Source: Candidatus Aquilonibacter sp. (GTDB lineage Bacteria > Vulcanimicrobiota > Vulcanimicrobiia > Vulcanimicrobiales > Vulcanimicrobiaceae). Taken from it: DNA of 64,000 nucleotides. The stretch covers positions 2,262 through 66,261 of the forward strand of contig JBEKBR010000015.1 of NCBI GenBank assembly GCA_050015295.1, read 5' to 3'. The translations under genes were made by a program, and so were the position numbers. A model generated the notes under the pieces. That model had not been told where the DNA came from and searched no databases. It was given only the letters and a program-made list of their open reading frames with translations. Positions 45,978-56,112 of this stretch are shown one piece after another (positions within the stretch are counted from its first letter, which is position 1; every line of letters starts with the position of its first letter).

Positions 45978-48900
45978 TATTTCTTTTCGCCTTCCTGGCG
46001 CTGGCCGCCACCTTGCGATGCGCCTGCCCACCGGCCCAACGGTTGCCCGAACGACGAGCGTTCGTTCGCCGGCACGGGTTCGTCGAGCGCGCCCTCGTGA
46101 TACGCTGGACGGCGTCCCGGCCGAATATTGCACGTCAGCGTCTTGGATTCGTGAATCGAGACGTTGGGATCGAGTGAGATCGGAATGAGCGCACCGACCG
46201 AATCGCCGCGCGCAAGGGCAACCATGCTGCCGTAGTTGTAGGGAACGCCGATCTGGTGCACGCGTTTCCCCTTGCCCAAGCGCAGCGGGCGCATCCGTCC
46301 GCTTACGAGCGCACGCGCCTCCATCTCGCCGACCGCAGTCGAAAGCGTCACCCAATCACCGCTCTTGATGCCCTTGCTCACCGCGAGCTCAGGATCGATC
46401 TCGCAGAAGGCCGACGGTTGTAATTCCGCGAGCCACGGCACGTAGCGCGTCATGATACCGGACATCTCGGTGATCCGGTAGGTCGTCAAAACGTGTGGAT
46501 AGTTTTCGTCAATGGGCTTGTTATACGGATTGTCATCGCGCTCGTATCGTCCGAACACCGGGCTGCTCTGCTGCTTGTAGAGTGCGTTCTCAACCACCGA
46601 CTGTTGCGGTTCGTAGTGCGCCGGAATCGGCGCGTCTTTGAGTGCGCCTCCAGGCACGAAGATTTGCCCCACGCCATCGAGCATCATGATGAATGGATCC
46701 GCGCCGGAATGAAAGTCCATGCCAAGACCGTCCGGGTTGGCCGGCGTATCCGGGGCTTTGGTGAGCGGGAAATCCGGCACGTCGACGCCGGTCCACTTCT
46801 TTGCTTCCGCGTCCCACCACACGTATTTCTTGCGCTCGCTCCAGGGATTACCAGCCGGATCGGCCGACGCGCGATTGTAGAGCGTGCGCCGGTTTGCGGG
46901 CCATGCCCAGCCCCAGTTTGGCGCGGTGTATGGGCCGCTCGCATCGCGGCTGCGTGCTCGATTCGTATGTTTGTCGGGGCAGACACCGGTGTAAATCCAG
47001 CCACCGCTTGCGGTCGAACCGTCATCCTTCAGATCGGCGAACGCCACGACTTGCTCGCCGGTTGCCGTATAGTAGCCGTTGATCTCTTGCAGCACTTTGA
47101 GCGTCGACGGTTCGCCTCGCTCGCGTTCGTGCGGATCGTCGTTATCGTAGCTCCACGTCATGTCGAGGATCGGGCGATCCTTCGAGTCGGTCGAACCGGC
47201 ATACAATTCCTTGAGCCGTTTGGCGAACCAGTTGAAGTACCACGCGTCGCTCTTCGATTCGCCGGCGGGCTCGACGGCTTTGTCGTGCGCTTGTAGCATG
47301 CGGCTCGTCTGCGTCATCGTGCCTTCCTTCTCGAGCACGGTTGCCGCGGGAAGGAAGAACACTTCGGTAGCGATCTTCGCGGGATTCGCACCCTCGCGTC
47401 GCCAGAACGAGACCGTTTCGTTGTCGTAACTGTCGATGTTGACGAACCACTCGAGCGATTCCAGCGCGGCTTTGGTCATCTCGGCGTTTTGCCCGGAAGC
47501 GCCGGGGTTTTGCCCGATGCAGAAGTAGCCTTTGACAACGCCGTCCTTCATCGCGATCGTGGTCACAAGCTGTGAGTGATCGCCGATCAGTTGCGGCAGA
47601 TATTCGAAGCAGTAGTCGTTCTCTTTGGTTGCGGCGTCACCGTAGAACGCTTTGAGCAGCGAGATAACGTATTTCGGCGTGTTGGCCCACCACCCGGTCT
47701 TCTTGGTATTGGTTTTGAGATAGGCCGCGAGGGTTTGCTCGTCTCGGTTGACCGAGGGCATCGCTAAATAGCCCGGCAATGAGTCATAGAGCGTTGCGAT
47801 GTCCGTTGCGCCCTGGATGTCGGCGTGTCCGCGAAGCGCCATGATGCCGCCGCCTGGGCGCCCGATGTTGCCAAGCAGTAGCTGGAGGATCGCTGCGGTG
47901 CGAATGAACTGCACGCCGTTGGTATGTTGGGTCCAGCCGACCGCATAGGCGAATGCCGTCGTTCGATCGCGCCCGCTGTTCTTGGCCAGCGTTTCCGCGA
48001 TTTTCTCGAAAAGTTCGCGCGGTGTACCGCAGACCTGTTCGACCATCTCCGCGGTATATCGTCCGTAGTGGCGGCGCAGCAGGTTAAGCACGCAACGTTC
48101 GTGCTGCATCGTCGGATCGGCCTTGATGTGGCCCTTTTCGTCACGTTCCCAGGTCCACGTGCCGAAATCGTACACCAGTCCATCGGCATCGTAGCCCGAG
48201 AAAATGCCGCCGAGGTCTTCGGTGTCCTTGAAGTCAGCGCCAACGATGAAGGGCGCGTTGGTATACGCCGCCACATACTCCTTGAAATAATTCTCGTTGG
48301 TCAGCAGATAGTTGATGATCGCCCCGAGGAACACGATGTCGGTGCCGCTGCGTATCGGCGCGTACACGTCCGCGACCGCTGAGGTACGAGTAAAGCGCGG
48401 GTCCACATGAATGATCGTTGCGCCACGCTCCTTGGCTTCCATGACGAAACGGAAACCGACCGGATGTGCCTCAGCGAAATTCGAACCTTCGATCAGGATA
48501 CAATCAGCGTTCACCAGATCGGGGAGCCAGACCGTCGCGCCGCCGCGACCGAACGAGGTGCCGAGACCCGGCACCGTCGAGGAGTGTCATATTCGAGCTT
48601 GGTTTTCGATCGAGACCACGCCGAGCGAGTGCATCAACTTGCCCAGCATGTAGTTCTCTTCGATGCCGAAGGTTGCGCCGCCGAGCGAGGCGATGCCGAG
48701 CGTGTGATTGACGCGCTTGCCGTTGCGTTCGCGCACGAACGTTTCTTCGCGGGTCTTCTTTGTCAGTTGCGCAATGCGTTCGAGCGCCCATGCGAGCGGG
48801 CGTTCTTCGTATCGATCCGAATACGGTGCGCGATATTTTACCGTCGTCCAGCGCGCCTCGTTGACGGTGAGCCCAAACAGCGCTGAACCCTTCGGGCAGA

Positions 48901-49156
48901 GATGCCCGGCGTTGATCGGACTATCAGGATTGCCTTCGACGTCGAGCAATTTGCCGTCGTCGCTGACATAGGCGAGCGTGCTGCAACCGACGGCGCAGTA
49001 CCCGCACAAACTGGTGTGAGCCTTGGCGCCGCTGATGCGCGCCTTTAACGATTTGGTGCGTTGGGACGCAACGTTGGGCAGCATGCCGACTCGTTCACGC
49101 AGCAGCTCCTCGCCGTCGTGCGGAAGCAGTTTCGTCAAGTCAACGGTGGTTTTCAC
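45977..49156 (-). CDS. fdhA: Formate dehydrogenase alpha subunit (Mo/W-bisPGD), selenocysteine-containing; in-frame TGA at 48587-48589
   Basis: Track ORFs 48587..49393 and 45977..48574 are in the same frame. The junction reads SIENQARI-TGA-HSSTVPGLGTSFGRGG, matching the conserved ...NQAR(I/V)-U-H... active-site segment of FdnG/FdhF. N-terminal CGYCAVGCS...C Fe-S motif. GTG start at 49156 after GGAGGG. Confidence 0.85.
48554..48579 (-). promoter_or_regulatory. Bacterial SECIS hairpin
   Basis: The mRNA reads UGA CACUCCU-CGA-C-GGUGCCG-GGUCU-CGGCACC-UCG. A 7-bp perfect stem starts 11 nt after the UGA, with a GGUCU apical loop as in E. coli fdhF, and a 3-bp lower stem with a bulged C. Confidence 0.65.
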
Positions 49157-49176
49157 GCATCCCTCCGAGTCCAAGC

Positions 49177-49196
49177 GGGGGCCGTTGCCGGCCCCC
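49177..49196. other. GC hairpin between the OFA transporter and fdhA
   Basis: GGGGGCCG-ttgc-CGGCCCCC, an 8-bp stem. There is no U-tract on the transcribed (minus) strand. Confidence 0.3.
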
Positions 49197-49224
49197 GTGT
49201 TCTTTGGACGATTGTACCCCAGAA

Positions 49225-50571
49225 CTACGCGGTTGCGGCCTTGGGTTGCTCCGTAGGCTTCTTCACGAAGAACGGGATGATTGCGGCGATGATCAGCATT
49301 ACCGCGACCCACGGCATCGCGCCGGTGAACGACCCGGTGTGGTCCTTCACGAACGCGGCGACGAGCGGTCCGACCAGACCGGCAAAGCCCCACGCGGTGA
49401 GGATGAAGCCGTAGATCTGCCCGAGGTACTTCGTGCCGAAGAAGTCTGCCGTGAACGAGGGCATGACGCCGAACCCGCCGCCGTAGCAGGCGAGCACGAT
49501 GGCGAAGCCGATGCAGACCAGCGTCGGATTGTGCAAGCTTCCCAGGACGAAGAAGATCACGACCTGGACCAGATACATGACCGTGTAGGTAAGCGCGCGC
49601 CCAATGCGATCCGAAACCGATCCCCAGAAGAATCGGCCGAGGGCATTGAAGATTGCAAGAATGCCGTAGAGCGGCGCCACAATCGCGGCCGTCAAACCGG
49701 TGAGGTCACTGAGAATCGGCACGGCGTTCGAGATGATCAGAATGCCGGCCGTGACGTTGAGAAAGAGCAGCAGCCAGAGGAGATAGAGTTGCGGCATGGC
49801 CAGTGCTTGCGAGGGTGTGTAGCTTGGCCCGCTGGCTGCGGCCTGCGCGACCGCGCCTGCCACGCTGAACCCGGTAGGCGGATTGCTCAGCAGCCACGCG
49901 CAGATGCCACCGAAGATGATGAAGATCACCCCTGACCAGATGAAGATGTTCATTACCGACTGGATTTGATCGGCCGAGAGCTGATACTGCGCCGGATCGA
50001 ATGCCGTTCCAGCCTTAATCGCTGCCGCGCGCGCTTCGGCGTACACGCCCGATGCTTTTGCTGCCGAAGCAAATCCGGCAATGCGCGGAACGATTTGGTT
50101 ATAGAAGAATGCGCCGAATCCGAAGCCCATCACGACCAGGCCGGTCGCCATGCCGCGCCGGTCTGGAAACCACTTCGCAATCACCGCGACCGGCGTGACG
50201 TAGGCCATGCCGCCGCCGATGCCACCGATCAAACCATAACAAAGGTAGAGCCACCATTTGCCGAGCGCGACCGTGCCGAGACCGGCAAGCAACAGGCCGA
50301 TTCCCCAAAGAATAACGCCGACGGTGGTAACCGTTCGTGGGCCGACGCGATCTTGCCAGCGTCCGCCGATGACCGTGCCGATGCCGAAGCAAAAAATTGC
50401 GACGGCGAACGCCCAGGTGACGTCGGCGTTGCTCCAGTTGAATGCAGCGAGCAGCGGACGCGTGAAGATACTCCACGAGTACACCGTACCGATGCACAGC
50501 ATCACGCCGATGCCGGCGATCAAAATTCCCCAGCGATTACCCGAGGACGCGGGATTGGAAGCCATGCGCAT
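49225..50571 (-). CDS. MFS transporter, oxalate/formate antiporter (OFA) family
   Basis: 448 aa with 12 TMS. RWGILIAGIGVMLCIGTVYSWSIF is a typical OFA N-terminus. RBS AAGGGGGAA. Confidence 0.85.
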   Translation of the reverse strand: MRMASNPASSGNRWGILIAGIGVMLCIGTVYSWSIFTRPLLAAFNWSNADVTWAFAVAIFCFGIGTVIGGRWQDRVGPRTVTTVGVILWGIGLLLAGLGTVALGKWWLYLCYGLIGGIGGGMAYVTPVAVIAKWFPDRRGMATGLVVMGFGFGAFFYNQIVPRIAGFASAAKASGVYAEARAAAIKAGTAFDPAQYQLSADQIQSVMNIFIWSGVIFIIFGGICAWLLSNPPTGFSVAGAVAQAAASGPSYTPSQALAMPQLYLLWLLLFLNVTAGILIISNAVPILSDLTGLTAAIVAPLYGILAIFNALGRFFWGSVSDRIGRALTYTVMYLVQVVIFFVLGSLHNPTLVCIGFAIVLACYGGGFGVMPSFTADFFGTKYLGQIYGFILTAWGFAGLVGPLVAAFVKDHTGSFTGAMPWVAVMLIIAAIIPFFVKKPTEQPKAATA

Positions 50572-50644
50572 TTCCCCCTTACAAAGTTTCGTAGGTACTT
50601 TAACCTACGGTTGGTAAGACCTTGGCCGCTTGGCTCGCCAAGAT

Positions 50645-52894
50645 TCAGCGTGGTGTGTGCCCCGCAACGTGCGCGAGAATGTCGTTCAGCACGCGCGGAT
50701 CGGCCGCGTCGGCATCGCGGAAATTCATGCGCATGCTGGCGGCGGCGCCATAGGCGTGCGGCGTATTCTTCGTCGTGTCGTCCATCGTCGGCTCGATCGC
50801 ATCATAGGGACGCAGATCGGGCTGCAGCGCGAACGCATCGTACATCGGTGTCGCGAGCGTGTCGTAGATCGTCATCGGCGGTAGGCCGAGCAGCAATTCC
50901 ATCGTGCGCACCACGCTCGAGGTCGTGTAGTGCGCGTGATGGATGCCGGGTGCGGCGTACGGCGACGCAAGATAGAATGTGGTGCGCTGGTCGTCGACGT
51001 GATCGGGACCGTTCTGCGAGTCATCTTCGATAGCAAAGATCGCAGTGCTCGCCCAATAGCGCGAATGGGAAACGACATCGACGATACGGCCGAGTGCGTG
51101 ATCGTTCTGCGCGACATACGACTGAGGTGTCAGCGCACCCGGATATGTACCCGACGTGTGATCATTGGGCAAACGTAGGATGATTAGCGCCGGCAGATCG
51201 CCGTCGCGCACATACTGTGTGAATTCGCGCTGCCATTCGTCTACGCGAAACTCGTCGCTGATTTTCAGATCGAAACCGGGAAAGCGCCCGTCGATTTTGC
51301 CGATCAAGCCGGCCATGTGCGTGGTGTAGAGACCGCCCGGGTTGGACGGATCGGTCACGAACTCGCCGTAGTCGCGCAACGAAACGCCGTGCTTGTCTGC
51401 GTCATCCCATAGATACCCGGTGCCGGGTGCGCTCGCCGTCGCGCTGTCTTCGAAGTCGTACTGTTTACGGCGTCCGCCGTAATTAGGCGGCCAAAAACGT
51501 TCGAGATAGTCGTTGGCGAACGCCGCGGTCGACCAGTTGTGACCGCTAGCGCTCACTTGGGCGTCGGTAAACGTGCGGTCGAAGACGCCGAACCGCAGCG
51601 CGATGGCGTGATCGTTCGGTGTAACGTCGTTTCCAAACCACGCGAGTTTGGGATCGCCGTCTCCAATCGGCAGATCGCCAAGGACCTGATCGTAGGTGCG
51701 GTTTTCCTTGATGATGTAGATGACGTGTGCAATCGGACCGCCGGCGCGCACGACCGTCTGCGCCGGCGTCGCGACCGGCACCGGCATGTTTGCCGCGACC
51801 TCAGCAGTACTCGTCGCGTCGAATGTGCTGCGTGGGATCGCGCGTACCGATCCGGTCATCGCGGAAGCAACGTACTCCGGATCGTGGTGATGTTCGGGGC
51901 GGAACTCGGGATTCGCGCGGGAGCCTTCGCCGCGGCCGTTCGAGACGTAGACGGTGTTCGCGTCAACTGCAACGCCGGTGGGATACCAGCCGGTCGGAGC
52001 GCGCGCAATCACGCGGTCGTCGCGAATCTCCGCAACGGCGTTCTCGGCGCCGAGCGACGCATACAACGTTCCGTCGGACGCGACCGCAAGTGCGTTGGGT
52101 GATGCGCCGCGTCCCTGTGGCAGACCGACGTCGATGTGTGCAATGACCGCATCGGTTCTCGTATCGACGACATCGATCGTGTCGGCATCCGTACATGCAA
52201 CGTAGAGTTTCGAACTGTCAGCGGAAAGCGCGAGCGCCGCCGGATGGAGGTCGACGGCGATCGTTTGCGTTATAGTCGCTACCGTTGTCGCGCCGAAGAT
52301 GTGCGTGACACTTGCTTCGCCACGATTGGCAACATAGAACGAGCGATCACCGGGAACAGAGACGATAGCCGCGGGATGGCTGCCGGTAATGACGGTTTGC
52401 GGATTGTCGGCCGAGCTCGGCGAGCCGTCGCGAACCGTCACGGTATTTGCCAGATCATTGGCGATCATGATGCGCGACCTGCCGAGCGCGACCGCAGAAG
52501 GGTAGCCGGTAGAAGCGACGCTGTCGACCTTACCGGCTGTGCTATCCACGATAAAGACGCTGTCGGTCGTTGCGCCCGGAACGTAGATCGAGTTCCCTCG
52601 CCATGCCGGCGTGCCAAAGTCGTCTTTGAGTGGGACAACCTGCAGTGTGTGTAGATCGCGCGTCGCGAGAATGCGCAGCGCCGGCGGATTGACGCCGCTC
52701 TCGACGATGGCGATCTTGCTGCCATCGGGCGAGAGCGCGAGTCCCTGCGGCATCGTGCCGGTCGTGCTCACCGAGCCGCTCGGCGGCGTCAGTGTCCAGT
52801 CGGTGGGAAGCCATATCGCGCGTGTCGCGATGGCAGCAAGCGCAAAGCACAGTAGCGTGGGAGGCATTACGAGAAACCAGCGCCGCTTCATCAT
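50645..52894 (-). CDS. Secreted YVTN-type beta-propeller fused to a phosphoesterase (PLC/AcpA family) domain
   Basis: Signal MMKRRWFLVMPPTLLCFALAAIA, then propeller blades (...P.G.A.SPDG..LYV...), then HVIYIIKENRTYDQVLGDL and PNDHT. The start forms ATGATGA with the chrA stop. The 1090-aa track ORF is an upstream shadow extension. Confidence 0.8.
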   Translation of the reverse strand: MMKRRWFLVMPPTLLCFALAAIATRAIWLPTDWTLTPPSGSVSTTGTMPQGLALSPDGSKIAIVESGVNPPALRILATRDLHTLQVVPLKDDFGTPAWRGNSIYVPGATTDSVFIVDSTAGKVDSVASTGYPSAVALGRSRIMIANDLANTVTVRDGSPSSADNPQTVITGSHPAAIVSVPGDRSFYVANRGEASVTHIFGATTVATITQTIAVDLHPAALALSADSSKLYVACTDADTIDVVDTRTDAVIAHIDVGLPQGRGASPNALAVASDGTLYASLGAENAVAEIRDDRVIARAPTGWYPTGVAVDANTVYVSNGRGEGSRANPEFRPEHHHDPEYVASAMTGSVRAIPRSTFDATSTAEVAANMPVPVATPAQTVVRAGGPIAHVIYIIKENRTYDQVLGDLPIGDGDPKLAWFGNDVTPNDHAIALRFGVFDRTFTDAQVSASGHNWSTAAFANDYLERFWPPNYGGRRKQYDFEDSATASAPGTGYLWDDADKHGVSLRDYGEFVTDPSNPGGLYTTHMAGLIGKIDGRFPGFDLKISDEFRVDEWQREFTQYVRDGDLPALIILRLPNDHTSGTYPGALTPQSYVAQNDHALGRIVDVVSHSRYWASTAIFAIEDDSQNGPDHVDDQRTTFYLASPYAAPGIHHAHYTTSSVVRTMELLLGLPPMTIYDTLATPMYDAFALQPDLRPYDAIEPTMDDTTKNTPHAYGAAASMRMNFRDADAADPRVLNDILAHVAGHTPR

Positions 52895-54057
52895 CGCTCC
52901 ACTATGTAGCCGAAGAGTGCTCCGAGTATTACCATAGCCCAGGCCGGGACCTTTGCATATTGGATGGCAGCGAATGCCGCCAGCGCCGCCACGCCGTCGA
53001 GCGGCGTACGCACGGTGCTCGAAAAAATCGGCGTCACGAACGCGGCCGCGAGCAGCCCGACGACGCCGGCGTTTGCGCCCGCAAGTGCCGCGCGAAAGCG
53101 GGGGTTCACCGAGAGTTGCCGGTAGAATGGCGCGATCCCGGCCAGCAAGAAGAACGACGGCGCGAAGATCGCGAGTGTCGCGGCGAGTGCGCCCACGACG
53201 CCGAGCGATGCGTGCCACGCAGTCGCGCCGACGTACGAGGCAATAGTGAAGAGAGGGCCGGGTACGGCTTGCGCGGCGGCGTAGCCGGTAAGAATCGTTT
53301 GGCTGTCGACCATGCCCGCCGCCACAGCTTGCGTTTGCAATAGCGGCAGCACAACGTGCCCGCCCCCGAAGACCAAACTGCCGACGCGAAAAAGCGTATT
53401 GACTAGGATCGCCATATGCGCACCGCTCGCTGCCCACGCGGCCAGCACGCCAAATGCGAGCGCGAAGAGCACCAGTACGGTGGTACCGGCGCGCCGCGAC
53501 AGATGCAAATCGAGGCGAGATTCGGTGAGGTGGGCAGTAGGCAGCGCCGCAAGGCCGACGAGCGCCGCGACGGCGATTGCGAGCGGCGTAACGATCGGAA
53601 ACGCCGCAGCCAAGACAAGGATGAATACACCGACCGCAATCAGCAGACGCGCGAAGTCTGGGGCCAGCGATCGGCGCAGGGCAATAAGTGCCGACGCCAC
53701 CACGGCGACGGCGACCAATAACAACCCGTGCAGCCACCCGGAGCGAACGTCGCTGTGCGGAACAACGAGCGCAAAGAGCGTCATCAACACCGCGGACGGC
53801 AGGGTGAAGCCGATCCACGCCGCGACCGCGCCGGCGGGCCCCGCGCGAAGCCAGCCCAGCAGCATTCCGGTTTGCGAACTGCCCGGGCCGGGCAAGAGTT
53901 GCGTGAGCGCGACGCATTCGCCGAACGCTGCGTCGTCAAGCCAACGCCGACGAATCACGAATTCGCGCTGAAAATAGGAAAGATGCGCGACGGGGCCGCC
54001 GAACGAGGTGCAGCCCAAACGAAAGAAGGTCAGGAAGACGCCCAAGACCTCGCGCAT
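52891..54057 (-). CDS. chrA: Chromate transporter (CHR family)
   Basis: FLTFFRLGCTSFGGPVAHLSYFQREFV is repeated in the second half as FRVGSLVFGGGHVVLPLLQ, giving two CHR domains. Confidence 0.85.
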   Translation of the reverse strand: MREVLGVFLTFFRLGCTSFGGPVAHLSYFQREFVIRRRWLDDAAFGECVALTQLLPGPGSSQTGMLLGWLRAGPAGAVAAWIGFTLPSAVLMTLFALVVPHSDVRSGWLHGLLLVAVAVVASALIALRRSLAPDFARLLIAVGVFILVLAAAFPIVTPLAIAVAALVGLAALPTAHLTESRLDLHLSRRAGTTVLVLFALAFGVLAAWAASGAHMAILVNTLFRVGSLVFGGGHVVLPLLQTQAVAAGMVDSQTILTGYAAAQAVPGPLFTIASYVGATAWHASLGVVGALAATLAIFAPSFFLLAGIAPFYRQLSVNPRFRAALAGANAGVVGLLAAAFVTPIFSSTVRTPLDGVAALAAFAAIQYAKVPAWAMVILGALFGYIVER

Positions 54058-54121
54058 GCTGCGACAGGTGCGGCGCCCGCCAAACGGCAACCTTCGATCC
54101 GTTAAGGAGTGTTAAACCGTC

Positions 54122-55066
54122 GTGGATCTTTCGTCAACTACCGTCTACGCAAACGGCACGTTCTGCCGCTACGATGAAGCCAAAGTCGGCTTGCTGACGC
54201 ACGGCCTGCAGTACGGCACGGGCTGTTTCGAAGGGATCCGGGGCTATTGGAGTCCCAGCGAGCGCGAACTCTACCTCGTGCTCTTGCGCGAGCACTACGA
54301 GCGGTTGAAAACATCGGCAAAGATTCTGATGATGAATGTGCCGCACTCGGTCGATGAGCTGATCGATCTGACCATCGAGCTGAGCGCGCGCAACCGGTTC
54401 GAGACGGATATCTACATCCGCCCCTGTATCTTCAAAGCGGCCGAAGATATCGGCGTGCGGCTGCACAACGTGCCGGATGCCTTTGCGATCATCCCGCTGC
54501 CGTTCAACAACTACCTCGATACGAGCAAAGGGCTCAAGGTGTGCATCAGTTCGTGGCGCCGCGCCGACGATTCGATGGCGCCCCCGCGCGCAAAGATCAC
54601 CGGACTGTATGTGAACTCGGCGCTCGCGAAAAGCGAAGCGATCACCAACGGCTACGATGAGGCGATTCTGCTCTCGCACGATGGACACGTCGCCGAAGGT
54701 TCGGCCGAAAACGTCTTTCTCGTGCGCGACGGCAAATTGCTCACGCCCGATCCGTCGCAGAACGTCCTCGAAGGCTGCACGCGTCGCGCGATTATGGAGA
54801 TCGGCGCAAGCCTCGGGATCGAGACGATCGAACGATCGGTCGACCGCGGCGAACTCTACGCCGCCGACGAATTGTTCTTCACCGGTACTGCCGCCGGCGT
54901 CGCACATATCGCGTCCGTCGATCACCGCATCGTCGGCGACGGCACGATGGGTCCGATAACGAAGATGCTTTTAGAAACCTATCAACGCGCCGTCCGCAAC
55001 CAAGACCCCGCCTGGAGTCACTGGCTCACCGCAACGTATTCTAATCGAACGAAGGCAACGGTCTAG
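54122..55066 (+). CDS. ilvE: Branched-chain amino acid aminotransferase
   Basis: HGLQYGTGCFEGIRGY, a catalytic-Lys region (AKITGLYVNSALAK), EGSAENVF and GTAAGV. GTG start. Confidence 0.9.
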   Translation: MDLSSTTVYANGTFCRYDEAKVGLLTHGLQYGTGCFEGIRGYWSPSERELYLVLLREHYERLKTSAKILMMNVPHSVDELIDLTIELSARNRFETDIYIRPCIFKAAEDIGVRLHNVPDAFAIIPLPFNNYLDTSKGLKVCISSWRRADDSMAPPRAKITGLYVNSALAKSEAITNGYDEAILLSHDGHVAEGSAENVFLVRDGKLLTPDPSQNVLEGCTRRAIMEIGASLGIETIERSVDRGELYAADELFFTGTAAGVAHIASVDHRIVGDGTMGPITKMLLETYQRAVRNQDPAWSHWLTATYSNRTKATV

Positions 55067-56062
55067 CTAGTTACGTGAGGAGCTAGGCCCGGCACTACGG
55101 TCCCAATAACGTAAATCGGGTGATGCACTGCCGTTGGTTTCGGTGAATGCATCGATACCGGTGAGACCGCGCCAGGCGGTCATTCGCGCTTCCTGCTGAA
55201 ACGTCAGTAGCGAGAACGAGCGGATAAACGTGCGCCCGATATCGAGTGACGGGAGATGCGTCGTCATCACCGCGATGACGTACGGATCGTCGCCGTAGAC
55301 GATGCCGACGTCGTTGAGCGTATCGAAAAAGCTGCCCGTCTTGTGCGCGATTGCGATGCCGGGCGGCAATGGCTCGGGAAGAAGCGTATTAATTTGATCG
55401 CCCTCGAGAATCGAGATCATCTCGTTCGAGGACCAGCCGTCGACGAGTTCGCGCTTGGCCATCATGGCGAACAATCGCACCATGTCGGCCGGCGATGATT
55501 CGAGCGCCTGTCGCACCGACCAGCTGGCGGTGCGTACGTCGCCGCGAAGATGCGTTTGATCCAAGCCGAGAGTATTCATCGTGTGATTGATGCTGCGCAG
55601 GCCAACGAGACGGATCAACATGTTCGTCGCAGTGTTGTCGCTGATGTCGATCATTTTGTCAAGCAGTTCGTCAACGGTGTACGTGCTGCCTGACGGCGCA
55701 TCGCACAGATCGCCCGAACCGTAATCTTTGTCGCTTCCGAGCAACGTCACGCGGTGGTCGAGTTCGAAGCGGCCGGCTTCCAGCTGACGAAAGACCTCGA
55801 CCATCACCGGGACCTTGATCGTGGAGGCTGCCGGCATCACCGCCGCAGCGTTATATCCGACGTGGAAGCCGGTAGCAAGGTCCATCACTTCGACCGCGCT
55901 CGAAGCGGGGAAGCGTACGACCATGCGATGGAGATCGGCGCGCAGCGATTGCAGCGGTGGAGGCACGGGCGTCGCTTGCGCGGGTGCACAAAGCCCGAGG
56001 AAGGGCATCAGCACTCCCGCGATTATGGCAATGACAAAACGTACTGCCCGCGAATCGCCCAC
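55067..56062 (-). CDS. Class A beta-lactamase-like serine hydrolase
   Basis: Signal peptide, S-T-I-K (SxxK), SDN (ISDNTATN) and KTG (AHKTGSF). Its stop abuts the ilvE stop (CTAGCTAG). Confidence 0.75.
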   Translation of the reverse strand: MGDSRAVRFVIAIIAGVLMPFLGLCAPAQATPVPPPLQSLRADLHRMVVRFPASSAVEVMDLATGFHVGYNAAAVMPAASTIKVPVMVEVFRQLEAGRFELDHRVTLLGSDKDYGSGDLCDAPSGSTYTVDELLDKMIDISDNTATNMLIRLVGLRSINHTMNTLGLDQTHLRGDVRTASWSVRQALESSPADMVRLFAMMAKRELVDGWSSNEMISILEGDQINTLLPEPLPPGIAIAHKTGSFFDTLNDVGIVYGDDPYVIAVMTTHLPSLDIGRTFIRSFSLLTFQQEARMTAWRGLTGIDAFTETNGSASPDLRYWDRSAGPSSSRN

Positions 56063-56112
56063 GTTGTTCGCAGTATAGCACAGGCTGCAATAGTTTTTTC
56101 TGGGGGCTTAGA

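Noticed and set aside
48572-48592. Apparent break of the formate dehydrogenase alpha gene into two ORFs (pseudogene or frameshift).
   Set aside because: Both parts share one frame and are separated only by a single TGA. That TGA falls at the conserved Sec/Cys position and is followed by an fdhF-like SECIS hairpin, so I interpret it as selenocysteine recoding.
52895-53917. N-terminal 340 aa of the 1090-aa track ORF 50645..53917.
   Set aside because: This Arg/Ala/Gly-rich extension overlaps chrA in another frame. A signal peptide (MMKRRWFLV...) begins at 52894, exactly at the chrA stop.
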